Assembly (NCBI GenBank): GCA_963768265.1
Contig: CAVYHM010000044.1
Span: forward strand, 212,206 to 276,205
Reading direction: 5' to 3'
DNA length: 64,000 nt
Origin: an uncultured Acidobacteriaceae bacterium
GTDB lineage: Bacteria; Acidobacteriota; Terriglobia; Terriglobales; Acidobacteriaceae
Below, one piece after another: positions 30,801 through 38,849 of this stretch; the stretch's first letter is position 1; every line of letters begins with the position of its first letter. Under the pieces are notes generated by a model. That model was not told the origin of the DNA. It saw only the letters and a list, made by a program, of their open reading frames with translations, and made no database searches. The position numbers and the translations under genes were made by a program.

Positions 30801-31973
30801 TTGAATATGCACAGAGTGTACCTCGACAACAACGCCACCACGCCAATCCTGCCCGAGGTGTTTGAGGCCATGCGCCCTTATTTCGGGGAACGCTTCGGTA
30901 ACGCCTCATCGATCCACGGTCATGGGCAGGACGCCCGTGCAGCGGTCGAAAATGCGCGCGAGTCAGTGGCGACGCTGCTCGGCTGTCACGCATCGGAGAT
31001 TGTTTTCACCAGTGGCGGCACCGAAGCCGACAACCTGGCGATTTTCGGTGTGGTGGCGCCAGGTGATCACCTCATTACATCGAGCATCGAGCACGACGCT
31101 GTGCTCCATGCCAGCAAGCACGCCGAAGAGCTGGGCTGCGAAGTGTCCGCGCTGCCGGTGGATGCTCACGGCCTCGTCGATCCCGACGATGTGCGCCGCG
31201 CTCTGCGGCCCAACACGAAACTGATCTCGATCATGATGGCGAACAACGAGACCGGGGTTCTGCAACCAGTCGAGGAGATTGGCAAGATCGCCGCGGAGTC
31301 CGGTGTCTGTTTCCATTCCGATGCAGTGCAGGCCGCGGGTAAATTCGCCATTGACGTGCGGCAAATTGGGTGCCACCTGCTCTCGATCTCTGGCCACAAG
31401 ATCCACGCGCCTCAGGGAGTGGGAGCGCTCTACGTGCGGAAAAGCACCGCAATTCAGCCGCTATTTTATGGGGGGCGCCATGAGCGCTCACGGCGGGCTG
31501 GCACCGAGAATGTTCCAGGAATCGTCGCTCTTGGCAAAGCAACACAAGTGGCGAAGGAAGAACTGGACCGCGGCGATGATCTGAAAATCGCCGCACTGCG
31601 AGACCGTTTGCAAACGGGCATCCTAACTCGGATTGAGGAAGCGGGAGTGAACGGAGAACTTGCGCCACGTGTGCCAAACACGACCAACATTTATTTCGAC
31701 CACATCGAAGGCGAAGCGCTCGTGATCTCGCTGGACCTAAAGGGCCTCGCAGTTTCCGCCGGATCGGCCTGTTCGTCGGGCGCGGTTGAGCCTTCCCACG
31801 TCCTGGTGAGCATGGGGTTGCGACCGGATCGGGCTCACGCGAGCATCCGTTTTAGCCTCGGCAAACAGACGACCGCAGCGGACATCGATTTCGCGCTCGC
31901 CCTGGTGCCTGAGACCGTTGCCCGGCTGCGGCAGTTGTCGCCGTCGTATAAAAGACAGGAACTGCGCGCCTGA
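30801..31973 (+). CDS. Cysteine desulfurase (NifS/IscS class)
   Basis: YLDNNATTP, SGHKIHAPQGVGALYVR (PLP Lys), SAGSACSSG (catalytic Cys). The real start is probably ATG 30807. Confidence 0.9.
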   Translation: MNMHRVYLDNNATTPILPEVFEAMRPYFGERFGNASSIHGHGQDARAAVENARESVATLLGCHASEIVFTSGGTEADNLAIFGVVAPGDHLITSSIEHDAVLHASKHAEELGCEVSALPVDAHGLVDPDDVRRALRPNTKLISIMMANNETGVLQPVEEIGKIAAESGVCFHSDAVQAAGKFAIDVRQIGCHLLSISGHKIHAPQGVGALYVRKSTAIQPLFYGGRHERSRRAGTENVPGIVALGKATQVAKEELDRGDDLKIAALRDRLQTGILTRIEEAGVNGELAPRVPNTTNIYFDHIEGEALVISLDLKGLAVSAGSACSSGAVEPSHVLVSMGLRPDRAHASIRFSLGKQTTAADIDFALALVPETVARLRQLSPSYKRQELRA

Positions 31974-32012
31974 GAATTTTGGGTGGACCAGATTTGTTAG
32001 AATCCTTTCGCA

Positions 32013-32426
32013 ATGACAATGACAGATACAGTGCTGGTTCCAGCGAATACCGTGGCCACGGCCAAAGGCGATGGTCTCACCGTTGATGTCGACAACGCCG
32101 CCAATCGCGCGTTTCTTGTGACCCTCACCATCACGAAAATCATCGAGCAGGAATCGCTCGATGTCAGCATCTACGGCTCGGCCGATGGTGCGGCATGGGA
32201 GCCAAAATCGATCGCGGCGTTTCCGCAAAAGTTTTACTGCGGCGAGACCCCGCTGGTGCTCGATCTGACCGCGCATCCGCAGGTGAAATTCGTGCGCGCC
32301 CATTGGGAGGTCGCACGCTGGGGCCGCGGTACGGAGACGCCCATGTTTGAATTCGGCGTCAGCATGAAATGGATCCCGGCCAACATTCTGAACGAAGCCC
32401 GCGCCGAGGCGAAGGCATTGGCCTAG
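32013..32426 (+). CDS. Hypothetical protein (beta-rich, no signal peptide)
   Basis: 137-aa ORF packed tightly between the desulfurase and aroA. No family recognised. Confidence 0.4.
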   Translation: MTMTDTVLVPANTVATAKGDGLTVDVDNAANRAFLVTLTITKIIEQESLDVSIYGSADGAAWEPKSIAAFPQKFYCGETPLVLDLTAHPQVKFVRAHWEVARWGRGTETPMFEFGVSMKWIPANILNEARAEAKALA

Positions 32427-32464
32427 GAATTGTTGCCCCTACCGTCCGCTATATTGATCTCAGG

Positions 32465-33778
32465 ATGAAATCCAAGTCCCAAGTCATCGTGCGCCCGGCG
32501 CGCAACGTCCGCGGCAGCGTTCAACTGCCTGGCGATAAATCCATTTCGCACCGTTACGCGATGCTGGCGGGAATCGCGGAAGGTCCTTCGCGCCTCGACA
32601 ATTACTCGACTGGTGCGGACTGCGCCAGCACTCTCGGCTGTATGCGTTCGCTAGGGGTCAGGTGGGAGCGCAACACCGGCTCCGACAATGTCATCGAGGT
32701 GCAGGGACGCGGCCCGTCCCTAGCTGCTCCTGATGGGGCGCTGGACTGCGGTAACTCCGGTTCAACGATGCGGATGCTCAGCGGCATCGTCGCCGGCCAG
32801 AAGTTTACCAGCGAAATGATCGGCGACGACTCACTCTCGCGGCGCCCTATGGAACGAGTGATCAAGCCGCTCTCCGCCATGGGCGCGCGAATCGAGTCAC
32901 GGGAAGGGAAGCCTCCTTTGCGCATTTCTGGGGCGTCCCTGAAAGCGATCGACTATGAAATGCCGGTTGCCAGCGCGCAGGTGAAGTCCTGCCTGCTGTT
33001 CGCAGGTTTGTTTGCGGACGGCGAGACCCGCATCGTAGAACCCCTGCGCACCCGCGACCACGGAGAGGTGGCGCTGCGTGCTTTTGGCGCACAGCTCGGC
33101 CGCAAAGGCAGCGGCGCGAACGGAAACGAAGTCCGGATCCGCGGTGGTCAACGCTTGCGCGGCATCGAAGCCCGGATCCCAGGCGATCTTTCCAGCGCTG
33201 CATTTTTTCTGTGTGCCGCAGCGCTCTTTCCCGGTTCGCAATTGACGATCCCGAATCTTCTCATGAACCCCACGCGCGCGCGCCTGCTCGACATCCTGGC
33301 ACAGATTGGACTCCGCATCTCCGTCACGCAACTCGAAGAGATTCATGGCGAACTGGTCGGATCGCTCCAGATTGAAGGCGGAAAATTGAAAGGCCTCACC
33401 CTCGCGGGCGGGGACTCGGCAGCGCTCATCGATGAGATCCCTGTGCTAGCGGCCATCTCACCTTACACCGAGCAGGGCATCGAAGTGCGCGACGCCAAAG
33501 AACTGCGCGTGAAGGAATCCGACCGCATTGCGGCCGTAGCGGCGAACCTCCGCTTGATGGGCGCGCAGGTTGAAGAGCGCGAGGACGGTCTGAAGATTCC
33601 TGGGAACCAAACTCTCAGCGGCGCGGAACTCGATTCAGTTGGCGATCATCGCATTGCCATGGCCTTCGCAGTGGCAGCTCTACGCGCCCGGGGTGAAACG
33701 CTCATTCGTGGTGCTGAATCGGCTGCAATCTCCTACCCAGCATTCTTTCAAACGCTGGACGAAGTCGTCGAACGGTAG
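32465..33778 (+). CDS. aroA: 3-phosphoshikimate 1-carboxyvinyltransferase (EPSP synthase)
   Basis: LPGDKSISHRYAMLAGIAEG, GNSGSTMR, DHRIAMAFAVAAL. Start chosen at ATG 32465. Confidence 0.95.
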   Translation: MKSKSQVIVRPARNVRGSVQLPGDKSISHRYAMLAGIAEGPSRLDNYSTGADCASTLGCMRSLGVRWERNTGSDNVIEVQGRGPSLAAPDGALDCGNSGSTMRMLSGIVAGQKFTSEMIGDDSLSRRPMERVIKPLSAMGARIESREGKPPLRISGASLKAIDYEMPVASAQVKSCLLFAGLFADGETRIVEPLRTRDHGEVALRAFGAQLGRKGSGANGNEVRIRGGQRLRGIEARIPGDLSSAAFFLCAAALFPGSQLTIPNLLMNPTRARLLDILAQIGLRISVTQLEEIHGELVGSLQIEGGKLKGLTLAGGDSAALIDEIPVLAAISPYTEQGIEVRDAKELRVKESDRIAAVAANLRLMGAQVEEREDGLKIPGNQTLSGAELDSVGDHRIAMAFAVAALRARGETLIRGAESAAISYPAFFQTLDEVVER

Positions 33779-33813
33779 CCCATTTTCATACATAGCGTGG
33801 ACTAGACTACTGT

Positions 33814-33907
33814 GTCATCCCCGAGCAAAGCGAGGGATCTAGGTCCGTGCCGGGACACAACTGATGCCGCTGCCAGCAAACACCTAGATCTCTCGCGGCG
33901 GGATGAC
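33814..33907. repeat. Imperfect palindromic element built from two inverted family-A-like arms
   Basis: The left arm is gtcatccccgagcaaagcgagggatctagg. The right arm cctagatctctcgcggcgggatgac is its imperfect reverse complement. The spacer is about 40 nt. Confidence 0.6.
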
Positions 33908-33944
33908 AAATCGCTCTGGGATAGAGCAAGTGGAGAAGGACAAA

Positions 33945-34067
33945 ATGCACTTGCGCGTCGAAGATCTCGATGACAAGGAGCGGGAATACATCGTCGTCTC
34001 GATGACTCCGTGTTCCGACAGTAGCACCGCCGATGCCGCGCCATCGCGGCTTAATCACCTGCAGTAA
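33945..34067 (+). CDS. Possible 40-aa small ORF (MHLRVEDLDDKEREYIVVSMTPCSDSSTADAAPSRLNHLQ)
   Basis: GGAGAAGGA lies 4 nt upstream of the ATG, and an intrinsic-terminator-like hairpin lies 28 nt downstream. There is no homology evidence. Confidence 0.2.
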   Translation: MHLRVEDLDDKEREYIVVSMTPCSDSSTADAAPSRLNHLQ

Positions 34068-34094
34068 ACCATGTAGGAGACAACACAAAACAAC

Positions 34095-34133
34095 CGGCGC
34101 GGGTTCAGTAACCGCGCCGTTCTTAATTGTTTG
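34095..34133 (+). terminator. Rho-independent terminator-like hairpin
   Basis: 8-bp GC stem cggcgcgg / ccgcgccg (34095-34102 and 34112-34119) with a 9-nt loop, followed by ttcttaattgttt. Confidence 0.5.
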
Positions 34134-34240
34134 CTGAGACTTACTACAGCAATTTCTGCAGCCCCCGCTTGAGCGTGATGTCCTCCAACCTCATCATACG
34201 GTCAAGCATCGAAAGCGAGTGAACGTCACTCTGCCCTCCG

Positions 34241-34278
<38 letters not shown>

Positions 34279-34295
34279 AAGCAAGGGAGGCGTGA

Positions 34296-34916
34296 ATGCA
34301 AAACCAAACCATCAACGGAGTCACAAACATGAAGCGTTCCTTATTACTCATCGCAGCTTCGCTATTCTTCGCGGCAGCACCTGTACTGACAGCGCAGCAG
34401 GACAGCGATCACGCTGAAGTCGGTGCGTTCTTCGATTATTTTCGCTTTAGCAACGCCTCGCCCGTCAGGAACTTCGTCGGCGTCGGCGGCCGGGCAGCAT
34501 TTAACGTTCGATCCAGCGTTCAGATTGAAGCCGAGATGGCCTACGACTTCAAGCGGAACTTCACTAATACCTTCAGTAACGGCGTGACGACCGAGGTGGT
34601 CAACACATCATTCCGCACGCTGCATGGATTTTTTGGACCAAAATTCCAAACGGGTTCCGGCCCTTTTCGCGTGTTCGTCACCGGCAAGGTCGGATTCGAT
34701 AACTTCAGCATTGACAACCAGGGTGCAACCACGGGTTTCGTGAACACAGTCGGCCTTACCACCGGCAAGACCGCCTTCGCCGTCTATCCCGGCGGGGGAT
34801 TTGAAGCCTTTGCCGGCCCGATCGGGATTCGTGCCGAAGTAGGTGACGACATTTACTTCATCGGCGGAGCCCATAACAACCTGCGCGTGACCTTCGGACC
34901 ACAGTTCCGTTTTTAG
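34296..34916 (+). CDS. Outer-membrane beta-barrel protein (OmpA-like/OmpW-like small barrel)
   Basis: Signal peptide MKRSLLLIAASLFFAAAPVLTAQQ, alternating beta-strand pattern, and C-terminal ...GPQFRF (terminal Phe). A strong SD precedes 34296; an alternative start is 34329. Confidence 0.7.
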   Translation: MQNQTINGVTNMKRSLLLIAASLFFAAAPVLTAQQDSDHAEVGAFFDYFRFSNASPVRNFVGVGGRAAFNVRSSVQIEAEMAYDFKRNFTNTFSNGVTTEVVNTSFRTLHGFFGPKFQTGSGPFRVFVTGKVGFDNFSIDNQGATTGFVNTVGLTTGKTAFAVYPGGGFEAFAGPIGIRAEVGDDIYFIGGAHNNLRVTFGPQFRF

Positions 34917-34938
34917 TCTCGCGAAAACCTGATACTCA

Positions 34939-34970
34939 CTGGCGGCCCGTTACAGGCCGCCAGTTTTTTT
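34939..34970 (+). terminator. Rho-independent terminator
   Basis: ctggcggcc cgttaca ggccgccag followed by seven T residues. Confidence 0.85.
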
Positions 34971-35230
34971 CAGCACGCCTTCTTTCTCGCCGCCTCCTGC
35001 CCGTGCCAACCACACCGTCACGTTCTCGTGTGACCTGTCACGGCGGGAATACTCCGGAGCCTTGGCCGGATGTTCCAGAGGACAATGCTCAGGTAGAGAA
35101 GGCGATTTCGTTCCGCACTGTTAAACCCCTGTCACCGCGTGCAAAGCCTTGCCTGTGATAGAGTATTGGCCACCAAGAGGCTGGCCGTGGCCGCGTCCGC
35201 CCAGATTTTCCACCGCTAAAGGAGCGATCC

Positions 35231-35641
35231 ATGACCACCCTCCGCGACCTCGTGAAAGACCGCAGAGTCTATTCCGTCGAATCCACTCGCAGCGTGCTCG
35301 AGGCTGCCCGCTTCATGATGGAGCACAATATCGGCGCCTTACCGGTCCTTCGCAACGGAGAACTGGCAGGCATTCTGTCAGAGCGCGACATCATGAACCG
35401 CGTCGTGGCGGTCGGTCGCACGCCCGGAACTACCGCCGTGTCTGAAGTCATGACCGCGAACCCGCGCGCGGTCGCGGCTGACGAAAGCATCGAAGAGTGC
35501 CTCTTCATCATGCGGGAGTTTGGATTTCGCCACCTCCCCATCGTCGACGGAAAAGAATTGACGGGACTGGTCTCGCTGCGGGATATTCTGATGCGTCAGG
35601 CGGCCGAAATCGAGCGCCAGACACGACGCGCCGCCTCGTAG
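35231..35641 (+). CDS. CBS domain pair protein
   Basis: Two CBS repeats (..MMEHNIGALPVLRNGELAGILSERDI.. and ..MREFGFRHLPIVDGKELTGLVSLRDI..). AAAGGAG precedes the ATG. Confidence 0.85.
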   Translation: MTTLRDLVKDRRVYSVESTRSVLEAARFMMEHNIGALPVLRNGELAGILSERDIMNRVVAVGRTPGTTAVSEVMTANPRAVAADESIEECLFIMREFGFRHLPIVDGKELTGLVSLRDILMRQAAEIERQTRRAAS

Positions 35642-35725
35642 CGGTGTGCGAAAAACTCCGACCTGCGCTTCGTGTGTTGAGGAGGGTGGGCTTCTTCCAG
35701 CCTGCTGGAAAATTGTGCACGCTCG

Positions 35726-36499
35726 TCACTCCCGTTTCCGCAGCAGGACTTCCCCTGGCTTGGGAGGCAATTTGAAAGGGAATTCGAAAAGTTTCCCTTC
35801 TACCGGAAGCCGCAGGATGAATTCCTCCTGCTTCTTCCATCCACCGATCCACTTGTTCTGGGTGCTGAATAGAACCCACCCGCTGGTCTCCGGATGCCCC
35901 GGTCCGAGCCGCGTGGGCCGCAGACTGTTCTTGCTGACAAACTCCAGCAACTCCGCCGAATCCTTCTGAAAGGCCCGTACGTAGGCCTCTTTCTCTTCTT
36001 TTCGCTCCGGATGTTTTTGGCCTTCGCGCGCGGCCTCATGATCCACCGCGTCGGCATCGTCCTGTACTCTTTGCGCAAAGCCTTCGGGATCCAGCGGCGT
36101 TTGCACAACTTGGAAATGCTTTACAAACTCGAGCGAGATCGCATCCGTGCCCAGTTCCAGCGTCCCCTGGCCGCGATAGCGCACGTCCAGCAATACCGCG
36201 AAGAAGGGCTCGTGCCGGCGGTGAACTTTTTCCAGTTCCTGGGAATCGACCGACAGCGTCACGCCCACATCGTCCGACCACAGTCCGTAGCGATATCTGC
36301 CGTCGTCGCCTAGTGAAAATGTACAGCCAGGATGCTCCTCATCCCAGCGTACGGCGGGAATCTTAGGCTTATCTTTCCCGGGTTCGGCTCGCGATGGCGC
36401 AGGGAAGAACAGGGAGGCGCCTCCCAGCGCGAGTGCAGCGAGCATGGCCGCAGAGGTAAACATCCGCCCATGCCGCGCACGACCCTTGGGCAGGCACAT
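35726..36499 (-). CDS. Secreted hypothetical protein
   Basis: This is the C-terminal third of the 531-aa ORF. The start is at MCLPKGRARHGR or MFTSAAMLAALALGGASLFFPAPSRA (36463), with a signal peptide. The upstream part of the ORF overlaps the next gene in another frame. Confidence 0.5.
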   Translation of the reverse strand: MCLPKGRARHGRMFTSAAMLAALALGGASLFFPAPSRAEPGKDKPKIPAVRWDEEHPGCTFSLGDDGRYRYGLWSDDVGVTLSVDSQELEKVHRRHEPFFAVLLDVRYRGQGTLELGTDAISLEFVKHFQVVQTPLDPEGFAQRVQDDADAVDHEAAREGQKHPERKEEKEAYVRAFQKDSAELLEFVSKNSLRPTRLGPGHPETSGWVLFSTQNKWIGGWKKQEEFILRLPVEGKLFEFPFKLPPKPGEVLLRKRE

Positions 36500-36513
36500 G
36501 ATTATCTTCCAGC

Positions 36514-37560
36514 TTAGTCCACTGTCAGGGTGACGGTAGGAACGGAGTTCGTCGTGCCCGTGCCGGTATTGCTCGAGACATTTCCAGCGGCGTCGACTCC
36601 GGATATGGTGAAAGTGTACGTGTTCTTCGGCGTCACGCTGGTCGTAGGAGACGGCGAGACGGGGGTGCTGCTTCCGCAACCCGGCAACAGGAGTAGCGTC
36701 CCTCCCAGCACGAACAAAACGAGCACGCCCCAGGCTTTTCGTGATCGCTTTCCGCCCGCCGCCGCACCCACCCCAGCCAGCGCCAGCAAAGGCAGGGGCA
36801 ACCACAGAGCATAGAAGTCCCTGGTTCGGACCACGGACGCCGTAGGTAGCGGATAAGTGCTGATGTTTATCGTCGCTGTGGCGGGGACGCCGTTTACCGG
36901 TACGCCCTTTGCGTTTGTCGCATAAGTGAACGAGCAAATTGGAGGAATCGTCACCAGGGGAGAGATGGAACTGCACGAGAGCGTCACCAGTCCGCTGTAC
37001 CCGTTGATGGGATTCACGCTGATCACGCCCTCGGCTCCGTTGCCGGCATGCACACTGCTCGGCGCTACCGCAGTTTGTACGGTGATCGTAAATCCCGGCG
37101 CCACAGACTGCACCGTCAGGTATGCTTGCGCCGTAACCGTGCTGGGGGTGGCTCCAGAGGATGTGCCGGTGACGGTGATTAAGTACAGCCCGGGAGTAGC
37201 CGTTCCCGTGTTGGTGACTGTATTCACGATGACGGTCGCGCTCGCCGGCGGTGCCACGGAGGCCGGACTCACCACGCACGTCGGAAAAACGGTTATAGTC
37301 TCGTTCGAGGTGGCTTGGCACGAGAGATCGACCGTTCCGCTGAACCCATTGAGCGTTCCCACCGTCAGGCTCGACGTCGCCTCGCCGCCCGGGTCGACCG
37401 TGCCTTTACCGGAAAACGTACTCATCTGCAATGTGAAACCCGCCTGACCAGACGCGGATGGAACGATCCCCAGGAAAAAGACCAAAAGCAGTAAAACCGG
37501 GACTCCGGAGTGTGGTTTATGTAATCTCAAGATGGATGACAACGACTCGAATCTCAACAT
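36514..37560 (-). CDS. Cell-surface protein with repeated Ig-like domains, an internal double hydrophobic segment and a lipobox
   Basis: Signal peptide, then two ~100-aa repeats each containing NG(F/Y)SG.V.LSC. These are followed by ALWLPLPLLALAGVGAAAGGKRSRK, AWGVLVLFVLGGTLLLLPGCGSS and a further Thr/Ser-rich domain. Confidence 0.6.
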   Translation of the reverse strand: MLRFESLSSILRLHKPHSGVPVLLLLVFFLGIVPSASGQAGFTLQMSTFSGKGTVDPGGEATSSLTVGTLNGFSGTVDLSCQATSNETITVFPTCVVSPASVAPPASATVIVNTVTNTGTATPGLYLITVTGTSSGATPSTVTAQAYLTVQSVAPGFTITVQTAVAPSSVHAGNGAEGVISVNPINGYSGLVTLSCSSISPLVTIPPICSFTYATNAKGVPVNGVPATATINISTYPLPTASVVRTRDFYALWLPLPLLALAGVGAAAGGKRSRKAWGVLVLFVLGGTLLLLPGCGSSTPVSPSPTTSVTPKNTYTFTISGVDAAGNVSSNTGTGTTNSVPTVTLTVD

Positions 37561-37817
37561 GAGCAGGTTTTCGGTTCAAGTAGCTTCGATTCAGGAGCCG
37601 ACATAAAGGCTGCCCGCCTCGTCCTTGCGCAGAATCAGGCATCGACCGAAATTTCGGCCTCGGATTTTCAGCCCTTTGTCGTTCAGATTGAACCCGATCG
37701 ACCTCAGGGCAGGTCTCTTCCATACCCATCGCAAGGAATCGTCCATATTATCATCCCCGAAGATCAATCCCCCAGCTTCGGGCTAGATCGACCGCAGTGC
37801 AGTTTGAGAAGGAAGAC

Positions 37818-37964
37818 TCGTATCAGGGCACCGCTTTAGCTGCCAAAGGGCATGAGACTCTGACGGCCTTAGCCGCTTGAGTTCCGCCACAGAGGCAGCG
37901 GCTAAAGCCGGGCGAAGTGTATGCTTCACGGGGCGGCATGCCTCTAAAGTATGCCCTGATACGA
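37818..37964. repeat. Nested palindromic element (repeat family B)
   Basis: The outer arms are tcgtatcagggca (37818-37830) and tgccctgatacga (37952-37964). The inner arms are ggccttagccgct (37865-37877) and agcggctaaagcc (37898-37910). It is related to 62740-62880. Confidence 0.7.
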
Positions 37965-38066
37965 ATCCCTCCCAAACCGCGCCACACCTCGATCTCTGCG
38001 AGTTCTTGGCGTCGTTATCGCAGGACAATTTGTGGGTTCGGCTCTTCGCCGGTCGGCGCAACATGC

Positions 38067-38660
38067 CTAGGGCACGGTGACAATCACCCCCACACACGGC
38101 TTGGCACCGCGCCGGATGTAGCTGTGCAGAACTCCCGCGTCGAAGTAGATCGCGTCGTCAGCCTCCAGCACAAATTCGTCGCTGGCAATCTTCAGCGTCA
38201 GCGATCCCTTGAGAAGGTAAAGGAACTCCACTCCGGCGTGCTGATGCGGTTTCTGCTTGGCGGCGGGCACTTCTTGAAAGTCGGCCAGATAGGCGCTGAG
38301 CTTACGTTCGGTAGCCCGATAATCCAGGCACTCGAAGTAATAAGGCACGTCCGGCGTCCCCGGACGCTCCGGGAAGCGTACTCGTTCGTGCCGTCGCACC
38401 ACTCCTACCACACGCCGCTGGCGATCGTCGGCGAAAAAGTAATCCAGACCCACCCCGAATACCATGGCAATGCGCAGCAGAGTGGGAAGGGTCGGAAATA
38501 GCTTTCCGCGCTCTAACTTCGAAAGCAAGGGCGCCGAGAGTCCCGTAAGCTTGCCCAGTTCGACCAACCCCATACTCTTGCGCAACCGGAGTGTGCGCAG
38601 CTTTTCCCCGATCGAATACCGCCCCAAGCCTTCCGAAATCGTGTCAGTGAGACCTACCAT
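38067..38660 (-). CDS. XRE-family HTH regulator with a C-terminal cupin domain
   Basis: IGEKLRTLRLRKSMGLVELGKLTGLSAPLLSKLERG HTH_3 region. The C-terminal part has cupin-like GVEFLYLLKG...DAIYFDAGVLHSY. Confidence 0.8.
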   Translation of the reverse strand: MVGLTDTISEGLGRYSIGEKLRTLRLRKSMGLVELGKLTGLSAPLLSKLERGKLFPTLPTLLRIAMVFGVGLDYFFADDRQRRVVGVVRRHERVRFPERPGTPDVPYYFECLDYRATERKLSAYLADFQEVPAAKQKPHQHAGVEFLYLLKGSLTLKIASDEFVLEADDAIYFDAGVLHSYIRRGAKPCVGVIVTVP

Positions 38661-38849
38661 GATTTCTCAATAATAAAACCCAATTTCGCGATAGTAAATT
38701 AATGGATTCCCAGTGCCTGGCGCGGATCGGAAAATTTCGCCTCGCCTAGCGGCTGCGGCCGTAAGGAGCATCCAAGGAGCATCTTAAGACGCACCCACGA
38801 CACCACTTTTCTTCGCGTCCGATAACGCGCATACTCAAGTTCTCTGCTT

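Noticed and set aside
30550-30993. A 147-aa minus-strand ORF spanning the citrate synthase / desulfurase junction
   Set aside because: It overlaps the ends of two well-supported + strand genes and has no RBS or motifs.
36500-37321. The N-terminal two-thirds of the 531-aa minus-strand ORF 35726..37321
   Set aside because: It overlaps the Ig-like repeat gene (36514..37560) in another frame and has a junk-like Arg/His/Gly composition. Only the C-terminal part from the signal peptide (start 36499 or 36463) looks real.
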